IMG/VR virus record: IMGVR_UViG_3300031152_000003
Span: 6,438-70,437 of that record
Strand: one strand, 5' to 3'
DNA: 64,000 nucleotides
Origin: a virus
The stretch's first letter is position 1. Every line of letters begins with the position of its first letter. Made by a program: the position numbers and the translations under genes. Shown here one piece after another: positions 62,247 to 64,000 of the stretch. A model generated the notes under the pieces. That model did not search any database. It was not told where the DNA came from and saw nothing but the letters and a program-made list of their open reading frames with translations.

Positions 62247-64000
62247 CCCAGCCCCCGCCGGTCGTCCCGGCGCCCCCGCCCGTGGCCGCAGCCCCGGTGA
62301 AGGCCCCGGCCGCACCTGCGCCGCGGAAGCCGCCGATCGTCGGCCGGCCCGACCGGCCGATCCCACCCGCGCCGCTGCTCGCCGCGGGCGCGGGCGGGAT
62401 CGGGCTGGCCGCGACCGTCGGTGCCCTGTTCGCCGGGCCGGTCGGCGCGGTCGGCGCCGTCGTCGGCCTGGCCGGTGCCGGCGCTGCAGGTGTGGCCACG
62501 CACCGCCGCCTGCAGCGTGACCCGTCCAAGCCCCGCCCCCCGCGCACCCGGCCCCGCTTCGGCCGGACCCCCCGCGCGCAGGGCGGCCCGAACGCCGCCG
62601 TGCGGCGATCCCCGTCCCCCCGGGGGACACCGCACGGCGGCCCCACGGCCGGCCCCACCTCCCCCACGGGGTGGGGCCGGCTCCTCCCCGGCGGCGCACG
62701 CCGCCGCACGGCTTCTGCTGGCGCCGGGCCGGGCCGCGCAGGCGCCGCCGGGGAGCCCAAGTCGCCGGGGAGCCGCCGTGCCAACGCAGACCGGCGGTTC
62801 CCCGGTCTCCACCGCCGCCGGCCAACCGGCCAGGCCGGCGGTTCGACGCCCGGCGGGGGCGCCCTCCCGTCGTCACCCGCCGGGCGTCCCAACCGTCAGG
62901 GCCAGCCGAACCGGCCGCGGCGTACGTGGCGCCACCCGATCCGCGGGGCCACGCCGCCCCCCAGCGGGCGCACGCCGCGTCAGCAGCCCGCCCCGGGGAC
63001 GCCGGCGACGCCCGGGGGCCGTACGCGCCGCACAGGCCGCCACAGCCCCGCGGGTGGGGGCAACGGTGGCGCGGGCGGCAACACGCCGCGGCGCAGGTTC
63101 CGCCGCCAGCCCGCCACCCCGAACCCCACCGCGCCAGCCGCCACCACCGGCGGCACCACGCGGCGGCCACGCCCGGCCAGCGGCAACAGCCGCGCCACCC
63201 AGGCCCGCACCGCCCAGCAGGACGGCACGACCCGAAGCCGCACCGCCGCGCTGATCGCCCGCCGCCGCGCCGCCCGCGCCAAACGGCTCGGGCGGACCGA
63301 CACCGCCGGAACCGGATGGCAGACCGGCCGCGGCCCCTTCCCCGTCGCCTCCACCAAGTGGGACCGGGAAACGCCGGCCACTGGCCGCAAGGCGCGTAAG
63401 ACCGCGGCGGGCAAGACCGCACCCGCACCTGACCCGGCGGACGCCGCACCACCGAAGCCGGCCGGCCGGCCGAAGCGGGTCGAGCAGCCCTGGGGATCGC
63501 GGGCGCCCGCCGAGCGCGGCCCGGACCCGGTCGGCGACTGGCTGATCGCCGAAGCCCGCGACCACCGCGCGGCCAAGGCCCGCCCGGCCAAGCCCGCCGC
63601 GCCGGCCGCGGCCACCCGACCCGATCCGCCGGCCCGGCGCCCCACGCGCCGCGCCGACCTCGGCGACTCCCAATGGACCCCCCAGCCCACCGGAAGGACA
63701 CGACCCGCAGTGACCGCACCGATCGAAAGCATGGGCGGCGGCATGTTCGCCCACATCGCCCGCATCAAGGCCGCGAACGAACAGCACGCCGCCACGATGC
63801 GCGCCGCCGCCGACGCCGTCGACGACACCCCCGCCTCCGCCGCGTTCAGAGACGTCGCCCGTGCCATCGCCGACCAGGCCTCCGCCGTCGCCGCACAGTG
63901 CGACGACCTTGAAGGCACCTACCGGCAGGCCGACCAGGTCGGGCACGACTACCGCGACCGGTACGCCGGCCGTGACCCGCAGAACCTGTGGGGCACCCCC
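62243..64000 (+). CDS. membrane protein with very long Pro/Ala/Arg-rich disordered region, 3' partial (no stop inside window)
   Basis: ATG 62243 in ATGA overlap; frame open to nt 64000; not in ORF track because unterminated; N-terminal TM helix. Confidence 0.5.
   Translation, partial: MTQPPPVVPAPPPVAAAPVKAPAAPAPRKPPIVGRPDRPIPPAPLLAAGAGGIGLAATVGALFAGPVGAVGAVVGLAGAGAAGVATHRRLQRDPSKPRPPRTRPRFGRTPRAQGGPNAAVRRSPSPRGTPHGGPTAGPTSPTGWGRLLPGGARRRTASAGAGPGRAGAAGEPKSPGSRRANADRRFPGLHRRRPTGQAGGSTPGGGALPSSPAGRPNRQGQPNRPRRTWRHPIRGATPPPSGRTPRQQPAPGTPATPGGRTRRTGRHSPAGGGNGGAGGNTPRRRFRRQPATPNPTAPAATTGGTTRRPRPASGNSRATQARTAQQDGTTRSRTAALIARRRAARAKRLGRTDTAGTGWQTGRGPFPVASTKWDRETPATGRKARKTAAGKTAPAPDPADAAPPKPAGRPKRVEQPWGSRAPAERGPDPVGDWLIAEARDHRAAKARPAKPAAPAAATRPDPPARRPTRRADLGDSQWTPQPTGRTRPAVTAPIESMGGGMFAHIARIKAANEQHAATMRAAADAVDDTPASAAFRDVARAIADQASAVAAQCDDLEGTYRQADQVGHDYRDRYAGRDPQNLWGTP

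Noticed and set aside
62421-63399. Listed ORFs 62421..63254 and 62671..63399
   Set aside because: Alternative frames of the unterminated 62243..>64000 ORF, which has the ATGA-coupled start and consistent GC3.

Overview
64 kb window of ~70% GC actinobacterial DNA, Streptomyces/Micromonospora-like in codon usage. It is dominated by a temperate siphovirus-like phage or prophage. Nearly all genes are tightly packed and translationally coupled, with ATGA/GTGA start-stop overlaps at more than 40 junctions.

Layout:
- Left arm (1-2341, + strand): small genes, a secreted snapalysin-like lipoprotein metalloprotease and an Xis-like HTH protein.
- Lysis/immunity block (2453-7284): permuted NlpC/P60 peptidase, DUF4352 membrane protein, small TM proteins, GH25 endolysin, a frameshifted small gene, a wHTH/Zn-finger initiator-like gene with coding-embedded iterons, an XRE repressor, and a divergent GIY-YIG nuclease.
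- Morphogenesis operon (34638 down to 7558, - strand): TerS, HNH/EndoVII, TerL, portal, ClpP-like protease/scaffold, HK97-fold capsid, head-tail genes, two paralogous tail-tube-like proteins, G/GT chaperones with a -1 frameshift, tape measure and distal tail/fiber proteins.
- Early region (52466 down to 34635, - strand): DNA MTase, RecT + PD-(D/E)XK exonuclease, DnaQ exonuclease, Gp37/Gp68, SPFH lipoprotein, secreted DUF1524-HNH lipoprotein, Nudix, ASCH, RHH and many small ORFs.
- Second block (52565-59770): a 14-gene + operon of unknowns ending in DUF4326, converging on - strand genes that include a second, paralogous wHTH/Zn-finger gene with AT-rich embedded iterons.
- Right end: a 490-bp structured noncoding region, an orphan DUF397 gene plus GntR/UTRA regulator, a membrane GIY-YIG-like gene, and a Pro/Ala/Arg-rich membrane protein ORF running off the window.

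No integrase, tRNA, rRNA or CRISPR array was recognised.

All family assignments rest on motifs read by eye, and coordinates of hairpins and repeats may be off by 1-2 nt.
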